From contig DATICB010000008.1 of NCBI GenBank assembly GCA_035457005.1, forward strand, positions 1,013 to 65,012: a DNA stretch of 64,000 bases, read 5' to 3'. Source of the DNA: Patescibacteria group bacterium. Its GTDB lineage: Bacteria; Patescibacteriota; Microgenomatia; Levybacterales; UBA12049. Positions 20,426 through 30,938 of this stretch are shown here, in pieces (position 1 is the stretch's first letter; every line of letters begins with the position of its first letter). The notes below the pieces were generated by a model. The model saw nothing but the letters and a program-made list of their open reading frames with translations. It was not told the origin of the DNA and did not search any database. The position numbers and the translations under genes are program-made.

Positions 20426-20832
20426 AATCCGCTAATGTTTTCCACGTGCTCGATATCTACAACGCTTTTGTCTTTATCCAAAACAACACCAATCGCATCA
20501 ATTCTCATTTGCTGTGGCAATTTGGGATGAGTCGATTGATACAAAGAGGCTGTTTTGACTAAGTTTTGGATTTTTGCTTTGGTGATTGCTTCGAAAGGTG
20601 TTCCATATTCGCCAGAAATCCGGGTTTTGACTTCGAAAAACACTAATACATTATCTTTTGTGGCAATAATGTCTATTTCGGTATAGTTTTTTCGAAAATT
20701 CATCTCCACAACGCTGTAGCCTTTGCTGTGAATAAAATGCGCAGCAATGTCTTCTCCCCTTTTCCCAACAGGATTGGCAACATGAAAAGTCATACCCTGA
20801 GTATGAGCAAAAGCAAGGAAAAACACAAGCAA
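20422..20832 (-). CDS. yraN: YraN-family (UPF0102) putative endonuclease
   Basis: GEDIAAHFIHSKGYSVVEMNFR...EIDIIAT...VFFEVKTR matches YraN core; probable start at internal Met (20793). Confidence 0.65.
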   Translation of the reverse strand: MLVFFLAFAHTQGMTFHVANPVGKRGEDIAAHFIHSKGYSVVEMNFRKNYTEIDIIATKDNVLVFFEVKTRISGEYGTPFEAITKAKIQNLVKTASLYQSTHPKLPQQMRIDAIGVVLDKDKSVVDIEHVENISGF

Positions 20833-20862
20833 ATTCCTCTTGCTTGCATTTTCCTATTTTAG

Positions 20863-21078
20863 GTGTATAATTTTGTTATGTTTGGAAAAATAAGAAGAAA
20901 CAGAGGTCAGGCACCAAGGCAAGAGCAGGTATCAAGTGCACCTCAGCCTGAAAAAGCTACAGTAGTTTCACAAGTAGAAAAACCACGTCCTATTGGTGGA
21001 CGAGGAGAGTTATATGTGACAGACGATGGTTTTGGTCCTATTCTTGTATTTCCAGATGGCAGACGAGAGCGTGCTTAG
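20863..21078 (+). CDS. hypothetical small protein
   Basis: 71-aa ORF; no motif. Confidence 0.25.
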   Translation: MYNFVMFGKIRRNRGQAPRQEQVSSAPQPEKATVVSQVEKPRPIGGRGELYVTDDGFGPILVFPDGRRERA

Positions 21079-21160
21079 TACGTTTTCATAAATAGTATAA
21101 ACCTCTGTTGACTAAAGATAATTTTTTCCTAAACAAAATTTTGTTAAACCTTTATAGTTT

Positions 21161-21493
21161 TTAGTTATTTCTTTTTGTCTTTCGAAGATAGGTGAGGTGT
21201 GCTTTTCGCACTTTTCTGCCTTTGTTTACATTTCCTTTTACTTTGACATCTACCAAAAATGGAGAATTTACTTGCCAAATACGCTCAACTGCTATATCGC
21301 CAACCATTTTTTGAACTGCAAAAGACTTATTTTCTCCTCGACCTCGAATATGCAAAACGACGCCTTCAAACATCTGAGTTCGGGTTTTGTCGCCTTCTTG
21401 AATTTGCTGATATACCTGCACTATGTCGCCTGGGTGAAATGTTGTGATGTCAATCATATGGCTTATTATAGCGTATTTTTTGCCCAATCTCAA
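21161..21493 (-). CDS. rplS: 50S ribosomal protein L19
   Basis: FHPGDIVQV...EGDKTRTQMFEGVV...FAVQKMVGDIAVERIW...HLTYLR matches L19; TTG start at 21493 or ATG at 21457. Confidence 0.85.
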   Translation of the reverse strand: MRLGKKYAIISHMIDITTFHPGDIVQVYQQIQEGDKTRTQMFEGVVLHIRGRGENKSFAVQKMVGDIAVERIWQVNSPFLVDVKVKGNVNKGRKVRKAHLTYLRKTKRNN

Positions 21494-21502
21494 TAACTAG
21501 CT

Positions 21503-23218
21503 CTATTTCGCGGCAGCATCTATAAATGCAAGAAAAAGCGGATGTGGCTTGAGTGGTCGACTTTTATATTCTGGATGACCTTGTGTGCCCATATAAAATG
21601 GGTGAACAGACTTGGGTAATTCAATAATTTCAGCTAATTTTTCGTGCACAGACCTAGCAGAAATAACAAGTCCTGCCTTTTCGAAATCTTTGACAAAAGC
21701 ATCATTAAACTCCCACCTATGCCTATGACGTTCGGATGTTAGGCCTTCTTTTTCATTAATAAATCCGTTATATTTTTTGTAAAATTCAAATGCCCTTGTG
21801 CCCTTTTTGACAATTGCATCCCAGCTGCCAAGTCGCATAGTCCCACCATATGCGCGTCTCTTCATGGCACTTTCTTGTGCTGGCATGAGATGAACCACGT
21901 CGTGCTTAGTTTTTAAATCATTTTCCGATGTATTTGCATCTTTCCAACCCAAGACATATCGTGCAAATGCCACGCAGGCAAGCTGCATACCATAGCAAAG
22001 GCCAAGGTAGGGAATTTTTTGCTCCCTCGCATAATTTGCAGCAAGTATCATACCTTCTGCGCCTCTTTCGCCCCAACCAATTGGCACAATAATACCGTCT
22101 GGATTTCCCAAAACTTCTTTAATTCCTTCTGCTGCGTCTTTTTTACCAGCCAAAGCTTTTGCAACTGCTGCCTCTACTTTTTCTGCACTGACCCATCGAG
22201 TTGTGACGTCAACTCCCTCTTTCCATCCAGCATGGTCTATTGCATCAAAAAGTGCTGCATAGGCATCGCGAAGTTGGTATTCCCCTGTTCCAAAATATTT
22301 TCCTACAATGGCAATTTCTGCTCTTTTTTTCTTTGGTTTTTTAATAGTGGCAACAAAACCTTTCCACTGAGTAAGATTTGCTTTTTTTGCAGGAAGATTA
22401 AGTTTTTTCAAAATCTTTTCTTCAAGCTGTTGATCGTGCAGGACAAGCGGAATTTCGTATGCACTCGGAAGGTCAGGATTGGAAATAATATCTCCTTCGT
22501 GCATGTTACAGAAAAGTGCAAATCTGTCTCGGCGCCTTTGATCTATAAATTTTTCTGATCTTGCAACTATAAAATCAGGCTGAATACCCATGGAATTAAG
22601 CGTGCGCACAGAAAGCTGTGTTGGCTTGGTTTTTGGTTCCCCTAAATGCTTTGGTGTTGGGACATAACTGACATGGATATGAATCACATCTCCTGGATTT
22701 TTCCATGCCAAAATTCTACTTGCTTCGTAGTAAAAAATGTTTTGATACTCCCCTGCTGTTCCACCCAATTCAACAATGACAATATCCGCATCTGACACTT
22801 CTCCTGCGTGCTTAATTCTTTTATTAATTTCATCGGTAATATGAGGAATTGCCTCAACATCTTCACCGTTGTATTCAAATCGTCTTTCTTTTTCAATAAC
22901 CGTTGCATAAATTTTGCCCATGGTAACAAAATTATTTTTCCCCATATCTCTATTAAGGAATTTTTCATAGCTTCCCAAATCTAAATCTGCTTCTGTACCA
23001 TCTTCACACAAAAAGGGATCACCATGTTCTATAGGGTTAATAGTACCTGCGTCAAGATTCAGATAGTTTTCTACTTTAATAGGGGCAATGCTGTAGCCTG
23101 CAGATTGGAGTAATAATGCGATTGATGCTGCTGTCGTGCCTTTTCCGATGCCGGATATGAGTCCTCCAGACACAAAAATGTATTTTCTTCGTTTCGTTGT
23201 AGATTTTCTAGCGGGCAC
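21503..23218 (-). CDS. pyrG: CTP synthase
   Basis: KYIFVSGGLISGIGKG N-term synthetase domain, C-terminal glutamine amidotransferase (GLCYGMQ); 571 aa. Confidence 0.9.
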   Translation of the reverse strand: MPARKSTTKRRKYIFVSGGLISGIGKGTTAASIALLLQSAGYSIAPIKVENYLNLDAGTINPIEHGDPFLCEDGTEADLDLGSYEKFLNRDMGKNNFVTMGKIYATVIEKERRFEYNGEDVEAIPHITDEINKRIKHAGEVSDADIVIVELGGTAGEYQNIFYYEASRILAWKNPGDVIHIHVSYVPTPKHLGEPKTKPTQLSVRTLNSMGIQPDFIVARSEKFIDQRRRDRFALFCNMHEGDIISNPDLPSAYEIPLVLHDQQLEEKILKKLNLPAKKANLTQWKGFVATIKKPKKKRAEIAIVGKYFGTGEYQLRDAYAALFDAIDHAGWKEGVDVTTRWVSAEKVEAAVAKALAGKKDAAEGIKEVLGNPDGIIVPIGWGERGAEGMILAANYAREQKIPYLGLCYGMQLACVAFARYVLGWKDANTSENDLKTKHDVVHLMPAQESAMKRRAYGGTMRLGSWDAIVKKGTRAFEFYKKYNGFINEKEGLTSERHRHRWEFNDAFVKDFEKAGLVISARSVHEKLAEIIELPKSVHPFYMGTQGHPEYKSRPLKPHPLFLAFIDAAAK

Positions 23219-23316
23219 GATTTACTATAGCAAGGAAAAGTGATTTCGTCAAGATGAAAAGTTAGCCAAACAAAAACCGTTGACACTATTATAAGATATT
23301 TGTTATTATCACATTC

Positions 23317-23823
23317 ATGGCAAGAAACAAAGATATACCACAAGGAATAGATGCAGATAGATTTGGTTACCCAGTACGAATTACTCATAGTCGTTATATA
23401 CCACGCAGCCAGAGACGGGACTTGCTTCGCCCTTATAGTGATGAGCAGCTTGAGAAAGTTATAATTAATCTTGATGAGAGTAAAAAAAGATGGAGAATGA
23501 TAGAACGAGGCGGAATAGCCCTATCTGCAGTTGCCTTTTTAGGGACACTTGCCACACTTAACGCTGTTGCTATTGAGCAGTCTCAAGGCGCCTTACTTGA
23601 TCCAATAACAAGTGAAATTTTTGAAGGAATTAATCACATGATGCCTCTCTATCACTCTTTGGGTATCAATGACATGTTCTCCGCATATTTTTTAACTTCT
23701 ACAACAGCAATTTCACTACCCCTGAGCATAGGGCTGTCGGGTACAGTAATACGAGACGAACGCATAGGGAGAATCCAAGAAGTAAAGGTTGAACAAGCAA
23801 GGCGAGCTGCAACAGGAAAATAA
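23317..23823 (+). CDS. hypothetical protein with central hydrophobic segment
   Basis: 168 aa; TTGACA-17-TATTAT promoter-like hexamers ending 7 nt before ATG. Confidence 0.45.
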   Translation: MARNKDIPQGIDADRFGYPVRITHSRYIPRSQRRDLLRPYSDEQLEKVIINLDESKKRWRMIERGGIALSAVAFLGTLATLNAVAIEQSQGALLDPITSEIFEGINHMMPLYHSLGINDMFSAYFLTSTTAISLPLSIGLSGTVIRDERIGRIQEVKVEQARRAATGK

Positions 23824-24089
23824 ACCACACATTTTTTCATTTTCAAACCTCACCAAGTTGGTGTATGTATCTGATGTGCATGGTATCTATTTTTACTAAG
23901 TTTTATATTTGCATAGTGATATGAAATATGAAATGAGATTATTGCAACAAGTATGCATGACCTCTCGTGAGAAGACAACTGCAATTACCTTAGTGCCGCT
24001 TTCAAGAAGTAATAAGGAGCCGATTAAAATGACACCTCTTTTCTTAGAAGATACGCTTACTGCCAGCACAAATGGTGGGATGTTGCACC

Positions 24090-24400
24090 TGAAAACCTGA
24101 AGCTGGCTTATCATTGCGATTGCTCAAGCTGTTGCGCTGGTCCAAATCATTCCGAAGGCCTGTGCCGCAACTGCACTCAGATGAAAAGAAAAGGCAAAGG
24201 GTGCCTCTACTGCAGGTATTAAATGATCTATTAGAATAATGAGTTTTCGTAGCTGTGTCTTGTTTTTGAGCGGGCGACGAGAATCGGACTCGCTACCTTC
24301 TCCTTGGGAAGGAGACATTCTACCGGTGAACTACGCCCGCCAATGTAACACACGTTACCTTGCATGATTTTATCAAAAAGTGTGACGGCTTTACTATAGA
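24090..24400 (-). ncRNA. candidate structured RNA / structured 3' UTR (unclassified)
   Basis: GC-rich; long hairpin CGGGCG(24271-76)...CGCCCG(24335-40) enclosing perfect TCTCCTT-GGG-AAGGAGA hairpin (24299-24315); no credible ORF; downstream of promoter-driven GC-rich unit. Confidence 0.2.
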
Positions 24401-24404
24401 GGAT

Positions 24405-24929
24405 TTAATGTGGCCTTGATCTACGTCCTCGAATCCGTACGGATAACGCACCAGGTTGCACTTCTAAACCAACAGGTGGTATTACCGTCACCCCGTGACT
24501 TTCGAGCCTAGAGGTCAACTCACCCTCAAAGTCTGTGTTCACGTCTCTGCCCCTAATAGCTCCGCTCACTACTCCAGCAGCAGCGCTATCTAGAGCGCCC
24601 CCTAGCCCACCTCGAACACCTCTTACTCCCCTGATCTGCATTCTTGACGGTTCTCCTTCCTCTCGTTTTGGTTCATTGCCTACATCAATAGCTACCTGAG
24701 CACCGCGTGCGCTTGCAGAAATTGTTGCTGTTGGGTCTGACTCTGTTCCTCCAAATGTAACAATTACATCACTAACGCTTTGTCCGTGCTCTGTAATTGC
24801 TGCCCTAGCAAGCTCACCTGCTTCTCTCGCATTTACACGTCTTGTAACGACAGTCTCCCCTTCTGCTGAAAATTGTCCAGCAATTTCCTCTACAGCCTGA
24901 TCAAGAGGAGATTCTGTTGCTGTTTTCAT
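24405..24929 (-). CDS. hypothetical protein (GC-rich, Gly/Ala/Arg-rich); coding status uncertain
   Basis: ORF from MKTATESP (24929) with TTGACA-17-TACAAC hexamers ending 7 nt upstream; composition atypical for this genome. Confidence 0.3.
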   Translation of the reverse strand: MKTATESPLDQAVEEIAGQFSAEGETVVTRRVNAREAGELARAAITEHGQSVSDVIVTFGGTESDPTATISASARGAQVAIDVGNEPKREEGEPSRMQIRGVRGVRGGLGGALDSAAAGVVSGAIRGRDVNTDFEGELTSRLESHGVTVIPPVGLEVQPGALSVRIRGRRSRPH

Positions 24930-25026
24930 GCTTTTTGTTGTATCAAAAACCCAAAAATATGTCAATATGACTATTACAAGTCTGATAATGTTGACAGCTA
25001 TCTTTCAATTCCCGTACGATACAGTC

Positions 25027-26337
25027 ATGAATGAAGTTGCTGTTAGAGGACAAGAAGTTGGTAGACAAGAAGTTGAAAAACCAACACAACCGCCTACAGA
25101 ACCTGTTTCTTCAGAAAAAGTACCCGAGCAAAAAAAGAAAAGAAAAATTCATTTTAACCTTAAAACAGTGCGAGTTAAGAGAAAATTAATACAAGAACCT
25201 AAGCCAACACCCGCAGAGTTTATGACGCCAAGGCAGTTATATCAGGCAAGAGGATACGAACAGTTTGGGATGAGAAGTGCAGCAGAACAAAATGTCTCCC
25301 TCCAAACGCAGACAGAAAGGCAGATAATCAGAGACGAAAAGCTTGTTGAGCAAGAGCTAGAAAAAGAATACAAACTCGAAGAGCCTCATCACAAGACAAA
25401 AGTATCTTTTGGAGAAAAAGTAAAAAATATTGCAGAAGATTTCCAATGGACGGTCGGAAAATTAACGCGTGGTAATATCGTAAAACATTTACGACAGATC
25501 GCTCACGACCCAGCTCATTACCAAGAAGAGCTGGAAGCAGAATTACAAAGGTCGCTGAATACAATGACAGAACCTTCCGAAGATAGGGTTTTCAGTACGC
25601 TAACGAAATTACAGGCTGGCACAACTGCTGTCGCATCTGTTTTGCCCCCGATTCCATTGGGTGTCGTTTTTGTTGGCCCTATTCCTATCCCGGTTGTGTA
25701 TTCATCGGGAACAATCCTGGTTGAATCTGTTAATAACATACCTAACACAGTAAAAGCATTCAAAGAAAAACGTTTTCGTAAAGGTTTTGCCTACGCAACT
25801 ATGACTACTATTGGCGCATTAACAGGATTTATCCCTATGTCGCACCATTTTACCAATACACTGTATACAGAAATACTGCAAAAACCATTCGATCACGCAG
25901 AAACGCACGGTATGCTTCAGATTGTTGACTCTCTTTTTGCCAATACTGCAACTGCTCAACAGCATGCGTTGGGAAAGCAGCTTGTTGATAAGGCTACTAA
26001 ACAGTATGCCGCAACACACGGATCAGCCGTACCTCTTCAGGAGAGATTAAGAGACATACAGTCATTTGAGCAACAAAAGAAGGATGTGCTATTGCAAAAA
26101 AGAGCGCAACTAGAATTAGACCTTTTAGCACTTCCAGAAAGAAAGAAGATCTCACAAAAAATAGCCTTAATTACAAAACCTACGGAGATAAAAAAACGAA
26201 TTGCAATTACAGGAGAACATTTTCGACTAGGACAGGAATTAATTGATGTTGAGCACAGATTACACACGATTCCACAACTTTTAGAAATTATTCGAGCAAG
26301 TACTGTTGAGGCAAAACAAACTACCTTGGGAGCGTGA
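25027..26337 (+). CDS. hypothetical protein
   Basis: Start placed at MNEVAV (25027) 6 nt after TTGACA-18-TACGAT hexamers; tool ORF began 24928; one internal hydrophobic stretch. Confidence 0.4.
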   Translation: MNEVAVRGQEVGRQEVEKPTQPPTEPVSSEKVPEQKKKRKIHFNLKTVRVKRKLIQEPKPTPAEFMTPRQLYQARGYEQFGMRSAAEQNVSLQTQTERQIIRDEKLVEQELEKEYKLEEPHHKTKVSFGEKVKNIAEDFQWTVGKLTRGNIVKHLRQIAHDPAHYQEELEAELQRSLNTMTEPSEDRVFSTLTKLQAGTTAVASVLPPIPLGVVFVGPIPIPVVYSSGTILVESVNNIPNTVKAFKEKRFRKGFAYATMTTIGALTGFIPMSHHFTNTLYTEILQKPFDHAETHGMLQIVDSLFANTATAQQHALGKQLVDKATKQYAATHGSAVPLQERLRDIQSFEQQKKDVLLQKRAQLELDLLALPERKKISQKIALITKPTEIKKRIAITGEHFRLGQELIDVEHRLHTIPQLLEIIRASTVEAKQTTLGA

Positions 26338-26983
26338 GCACATTACCAGAGAAAATCATATCAGGATTTGCTAAGTGATTAGCATTTGCTATTTTTACCC
26401 ACTGATACCCATCACCATACGCTCTGACTGCAATGTCCCAAAGACTATCATCTTTCTTCACTGTATAGGTGTTGGCAGTGATTTTATCTGTTTGCGTAGT
26501 TGGCAGCATCTGGCCTAACTCGCTGGGTTTTGGTGCATTGGGCATAAGTAGTTTGTCTCCAGTAAAAATTGTTGAAGGATTAGCAATGTGATTAACAGAG
26601 GCTATATCAGTCCATTTGTAGCCGTTGTTGTAGACACTCTGTGCTATTGTCCAGAGTGAATCATTTTGCTTAACAATGTAGTACGTATTTCCATTTTCTT
26701 GTACCGTTGTACCGGGTGTTGGACTAACTACAGCAGTTGGCGTTGGTCCTGTTGAAAGAGATGATGCTTCTTTGGTATTAGTATGTGACTGTTGACGAAT
26801 TAGAGTAACGCCAAAAAGAATCGCAATAATGACTACTACAACCCCAAGGAGAAAACTACTGTAGGACTCTGTCCAGTTGATTCCCTTAGATTTTTTTTGT
26901 TGACGAGACAAATCAACGGCCTTTGCAGGTCGTCCTCTTTTACTTGTCTTTTTAACTATTTCCTTTTTCCGAGGCATATACAA
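26321..26983 (-). CDS. LysM-domain peptidoglycan-binding membrane-anchored protein
   Basis: Basic N-terminus + TM helix, two LysM repeats ([15 protein letters not shown]..., [15 protein letters not shown]...). Confidence 0.75.
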   Translation of the reverse strand: MYMPRKKEIVKKTSKRGRPAKAVDLSRQQKKSKGINWTESYSSFLLGVVVVIIAILFGVTLIRQQSHTNTKEASSLSTGPTPTAVVSPTPGTTVQENGNTYYIVKQNDSLWTIAQSVYNNGYKWTDIASVNHIANPSTIFTGDKLLMPNAPKPSELGQMLPTTQTDKITANTYTVKKDDSLWDIAVRAYGDGYQWVKIANANHLANPDMIFSGNVLTLPR

Positions 26984-27097
26984 TATAGGGCAGAAGTTTT
27001 ACAACTATAAAACAATTATTTTTTACTGTCAACAGGACAGTGAAGCTTTATTTGTTTTCAAGATGATCAGACAGCGGCCGCATATCCGATCTTTATA

Positions 27098-27247
27098 TTA
27101 TCGAGAATACTCAGGATATGATCCTGCACCGTCATTAGGTCCACCAATCTCTCCTCGCTCTGCTCGTTCTTTTACATCGAGCATTTTGTCAGCATCCCAA
27201 AATGCTAATTTAACCTCACGGCGTAACACTTGATTTACTGCTTTCAT
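27098..27247 (-). CDS. hypothetical 49-aa protein with strong SD
   Basis: AGGAGGTGA 5 nt upstream of ATG at 27247, the strongest SD seen in the window; longer tool ORF (to 27352) reads through the SD. Confidence 0.4.
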   Translation of the reverse strand: MKAVNQVLRREVKLAFWDADKMLDVKERAERGEIGGPNDGAGSYPEYSR

Positions 27248-27436
27248 GTCTCTCACCTCCTTTCTAAGGAAAAAGTGTAAGAAAAACACTAGTATGGAGC
27301 AATGCACATGAAATGCGTATGTCGTTGATACCCATACAACTTTTTGGTACAATTAGTCCTGGAAAATATCCAGAGAAAATTTGACATAGCAAACTAAAAA
27401 TGCTCAAAAGGTGACATGCATTTTTACTAATTCTCT

Positions 27437-27510
27437 GGGGTGGTAGCTCAGTTGGCTAGAGCGCCTCCCTGTCACGGAGGAGGTCGCGGGTTCGAGCCCC
27501 GTCCATCCCG
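27437..27510 (+). tRNA. tRNA-Asp (anticodon GUC)
   Basis: GGGGTGGTAGCTCAGTTGGCTAGAGCGCCTCCCTGTCACGGAGG...GGGTTCGAGCCCC; anticodon loop CTGTCAC. Confidence 0.9.
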
Positions 27511-27546
27511 CATTATCATTGTTTGAACTTCAGTTGTTCGTTTGCT

Positions 27547-29340
27547 ATGCTAGATTTAATGACCAATCTGCAGATTGCAAACCTTCTTCGACATGTTGCA
27601 GCTAGCTTTACTATTAAGGGCGAACAGCAATACCGTTTTCAGATTATGGCCTACCAAAGAGCCGCAGACAGCATTGCCAACACCACGACGCAAATTGCTG
27701 ATTTGATAAAAGAAGAAAAATTAGATGAAGTTGCAGGAATTGGAGAGTCACTCAAGTCGCATTTAAAAGAGCTTATTAAAACAGGGAAAGTAAAACACTG
27801 GGAGTCAGTTATGAAAGATGTTCCGCCTGCTGTTTTTCCTTTGCTCGATGTCCCGGGTTTTGGGCCAAAGAAAGCATATAAAATTGTGACTCTTTTTAGA
27901 CTAAAAAATCCCAAAACAGTTATTGCGGATGTTGAAAAATTAGCCAATAGCGGCCAAATTGCAGGCATTGAAGGTTTTGGTGCTAAATCGCAAGAACTGA
28001 TGCTGAAACACGTTGGTGAATTTAAAAAAGGGTCTGGGAAAGCAACGCGAATGCTTTTGCCTTTTGCAACAGAAGTTGCAGAAAAACTAGTAAATTACCT
28101 TAAAAAATCTAAAGACGTTGTTGATGTGCAACCATTGGGCAGTCTGCGACGCAAATCGCCAACCGTTGGTGATGTAGACATTGCAGTAGCAACAAAAAAT
28201 CCAAAAGAAGTGATTGACCATTTCACCTCGTACCCATACAAAGAGCGTGTTATTGAAAAAGGACCAACAACTGCATCAATTTTGACCTCTGGCGGTCATC
28301 AAATTGATCTTATGACGCAGCCTGTTGCAGCATGGGGTTCACTTTTACAACACTTTACTGGTAGTAAACACCATAATGTTCACCTTCGAGAATATGCACT
28401 CAAAAAAGGTTTGTCACTTTCTGAATATGGCATTAAAAAATCAGGAAGTGAAAAACGAGCCATGTATGACTCGGAAGAAAAATTTTACCATGCAATTGGA
28501 CTTGATTGGATTCCTCCAGAAATGCGAGAAGATCATGGCGAAATAGAAGCTGCCCTTCGCTCTGCTCAGGGTAAACATCCCGGTTTACCAAAACTGATTG
28601 AACTAAAAGATATTAAAGGAGATTTGCACATTCATTCTAGCTATCCTATTGAACCAAGTCACGACCTAGGACAAAACACCATGCAAGATATGTTGGATTA
28701 TGCCAAGAAGTTGGGCTATGCATATTTAGGATTTTCCGAACATAATCCAAGCGTTTCCAAACACTCTCGTGCTCAAATTGCATCCATTCTTCAAAAAAGA
28801 AAAAATTATATTGAACACATAAAATCGAGTAATAAAAATATTCGAGTATTTAATTTACTGGAAATTGATATTTTAGCAAATGGTGATTTGGCAGTTGATG
28901 AAAAAGGACTTGAAACATTGGACGGTGCTCTTGTGTCTATTCACAGTTCATTTAGTGGAACAACTGAGGCAATGACCAAGCGTGTTTTACAGGGTCTCTC
29001 TCACCCGAAGGCAAAAATCCTTTCCCATCCAACAGGAAGACTCATTAATAGTAGGGCTGGATATCAACTTGATTGGGATAAAATCTTCTCTTTCTGTAAA
29101 GAGCATCATAAAGCATTGGAAATTAATGCATGGCCGGAGAGAACAGATTTGCCTGATAGTCTTATTATGGAAGCCATAAAACACGGTGTTAAGATGGTTA
29201 TTGATACCGACAGTCATGCAACAGGACAAATGGGTAACATGCGATATGGTGTGTGGAATGCCAACCGCGGTTGGGCCGAAAAAAAAGATATTCTTAATAC
29301 GTTAGGGTATAATGAGTTTGAGAAGTGGTTAAAAAGTTAG
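27547..29340 (+). CDS. DNA polymerase X family protein with C-terminal PHP domain
   Basis: PolX N-terminal HhH region (IANLLRHVAASFTIKGE), PHP motif HIHSSYP; ATG at 27547 (tool ORF started at TTG 27523). Confidence 0.75.
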   Translation: MLDLMTNLQIANLLRHVAASFTIKGEQQYRFQIMAYQRAADSIANTTTQIADLIKEEKLDEVAGIGESLKSHLKELIKTGKVKHWESVMKDVPPAVFPLLDVPGFGPKKAYKIVTLFRLKNPKTVIADVEKLANSGQIAGIEGFGAKSQELMLKHVGEFKKGSGKATRMLLPFATEVAEKLVNYLKKSKDVVDVQPLGSLRRKSPTVGDVDIAVATKNPKEVIDHFTSYPYKERVIEKGPTTASILTSGGHQIDLMTQPVAAWGSLLQHFTGSKHHNVHLREYALKKGLSLSEYGIKKSGSEKRAMYDSEEKFYHAIGLDWIPPEMREDHGEIEAALRSAQGKHPGLPKLIELKDIKGDLHIHSSYPIEPSHDLGQNTMQDMLDYAKKLGYAYLGFSEHNPSVSKHSRAQIASILQKRKNYIEHIKSSNKNIRVFNLLEIDILANGDLAVDEKGLETLDGALVSIHSSFSGTTEAMTKRVLQGLSHPKAKILSHPTGRLINSRAGYQLDWDKIFSFCKEHHKALEINAWPERTDLPDSLIMEAIKHGVKMVIDTDSHATGQMGNMRYGVWNANRGWAEKKDILNTLGYNEFEKWLKS

Positions 29341-29418
29341 TTTGTTCGTTGTTCATAGTTCGTGGAAATGTTCTACGATGAACTCTAAACAAATAACTTG
29401 GAAGGTGGTGAAATAAAT

Positions 29419-29967
29419 ATGATTACATGGATTATTATTGGTGCAGTTGTTTTGTTAGCTCTAGCTCTGTGGTCAACATACAACAGTTTAATAAGCGCAA
29501 AAGTACGAGTGCAAGAAGCTTTTTCTCATATTGACGTACAACTAAAAAGACGGTCTGACTTAATTCCAAATTTGGTGGAAACAGTCAAAGGATACGTGAA
29601 ACACGAGAAAACAGTTTTGGAAGAAATTACCAAAGCGCGAACAGGTTTACTAAAAGCCAGTGGCGTTGAAGAAAAAGCAAAGGCCAACAATAAACTCGCA
29701 GAAACACTGAAAACACTGTTTGCTGTTTCGGAAAATTATCCCAAGCTTCGAGCAAATGAGAATTTCTTGTCTTTGCAAGAAGAGCTGACAGATACAGAAA
29801 ACAAAGTTGCCTACGCAAGACAGTTTTATAACAGTACTGTTATGGACTACAACACGAAGTTGATGGTTTTCCCAACAAACGTGTTTGGAAGCATGCTTAC
29901 CTTTAAACCTGCAGAATTCTTTGCTGCAAGTGAAGACGAGAAAAAAGAAGTAGAGGTAAAGTTTTAG
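29419..29967 (+). CDS. lemA: LemA-family protein
   Basis: N-terminal TM + LemA core (SHIDVQLKRRSDLIPNLVETVKGY); SD-like AAGGTGGTGA upstream. Confidence 0.8.
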   Translation: MITWIIIGAVVLLALALWSTYNSLISAKVRVQEAFSHIDVQLKRRSDLIPNLVETVKGYVKHEKTVLEEITKARTGLLKASGVEEKAKANNKLAETLKTLFAVSENYPKLRANENFLSLQEELTDTENKVAYARQFYNSTVMDYNTKLMVFPTNVFGSMLTFKPAEFFAASEDEKKEVEVKF

Positions 29968-29970
29968 GCG

Positions 29971-30870
29971 ATGAATATTTATAACCAAATAGCTTCTAAC
30001 AAATGGAAGACGTGGCTTATTATGGCGTTGTTTATTGTGCTCATAACGTCAGTTGGTTTTGTCTTTGGCAAAGCAACAGGATACGGCCTTTCCTATGCTG
30101 GCATTGCACTTATTTTGGCGGGTATCATATCTTTTGGAAGCTATTATTATTCGGACAAACTTGTCCTGGCAACCTCAGGCGCTCGCCCTTTGAGCAAAAA
30201 GCAGGATCCTATTTTGTATGATATTGTTGAGAATTTGGCAATCGGAGACGGTATTCCTATGCCTAAGATTTATCTTATGGACGATAGCGGACCCAATGCG
30301 TTTGCGACAGGACGTGACCCAAAACACGCCGTTATTGTAGTAACAACAAGTCTTCGCGAGATGATGAACAAAGCAGAATTAGAAGGTGTTTTGGCACACG
30401 AGTTGTCCCACATAAAAAATTATGACACGAGACTTATGGGCATTGTAGCGATTTTGGTAGGATTTATTGCTATTTTGGCAGACTTTTTTATGAGAAGTCT
30501 TTGGTGGGGAGGCGGTAGAAAAGATGATAGAGAAAGTGGCCAAATGCAAAGCCTTTTTATTATCTTAGGAATTGTTTTTGCCATTCTCACACCTATTATT
30601 GCAACGCTTATTCAACTTGCAGTAAGTCGTAAGCGGGAATTTCTTGCAGATGCATCCGGAGCCCTTCTTACTCGTTATCCAGAAGGGTTGGCTCAGGCAC
30701 TAGAAAAATTGGCAAAAGACACACGGCCAACACTTCATGCAAGCAATGCAACAGCACATCTTTTTATAGAAAATCCCTTTGGGGGCAAATCTCATAAAAC
30801 ATTATTTGCAGGACTTTTTGATACCCACCCACCTATTGAAGAACGAATAAAAATCTTGCGGTCCATGTAG
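29971..30870 (+). CDS. htpX: M48-family zinc protease HtpX
   Basis: HELSHIKNYD HExxH motif, 4 TM segments; classic lemA-htpX pairing. Confidence 0.85.
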   Translation: MNIYNQIASNKWKTWLIMALFIVLITSVGFVFGKATGYGLSYAGIALILAGIISFGSYYYSDKLVLATSGARPLSKKQDPILYDIVENLAIGDGIPMPKIYLMDDSGPNAFATGRDPKHAVIVVTTSLREMMNKAELEGVLAHELSHIKNYDTRLMGIVAILVGFIAILADFFMRSLWWGGGRKDDRESGQMQSLFIILGIVFAILTPIIATLIQLAVSRKREFLADASGALLTRYPEGLAQALEKLAKDTRPTLHASNATAHLFIENPFGGKSHKTLFAGLFDTHPPIEERIKILRSM

Positions 30871-30881
30871 TACAATAATAC

Positions 30882-30933
30882 TGTCATCCTGAACGAAGTG
30901 AAGGATATATTCTTCGTTTTACTCAGAATGACA
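30882..30933 (+). mobile_element. MITE-like palindromic element type III (TGTCATCCTGAACGAAG...CAGAATGACA)
   Basis: 52-bp imperfect palindrome with TGTCAT/ATGACA termini ending 6 nt before murT ATG; shares 17-mer TTCGTTTTACTCAGAAT with 44310 region. Confidence 0.75.
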
Positions 30934-30938
30934 AAACA

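Noticed and set aside
24070-24100. CCCACCA (minus strand) and GAAGCUGG (plus strand) words reminiscent of tmRNA/tRNA 3' ends and of the RNase P RNA 5' end
   Set aside because: No adjoining T-arm (GGTTCGA-like) or acceptor pairing for tmRNA. The RNase P hallmarks (GGAAAGUCCGG, AGGGUGAAA, ACAGAA..CCGGCUUA P4 partner) could not be located on either strand. Left as an unclassified structured region.
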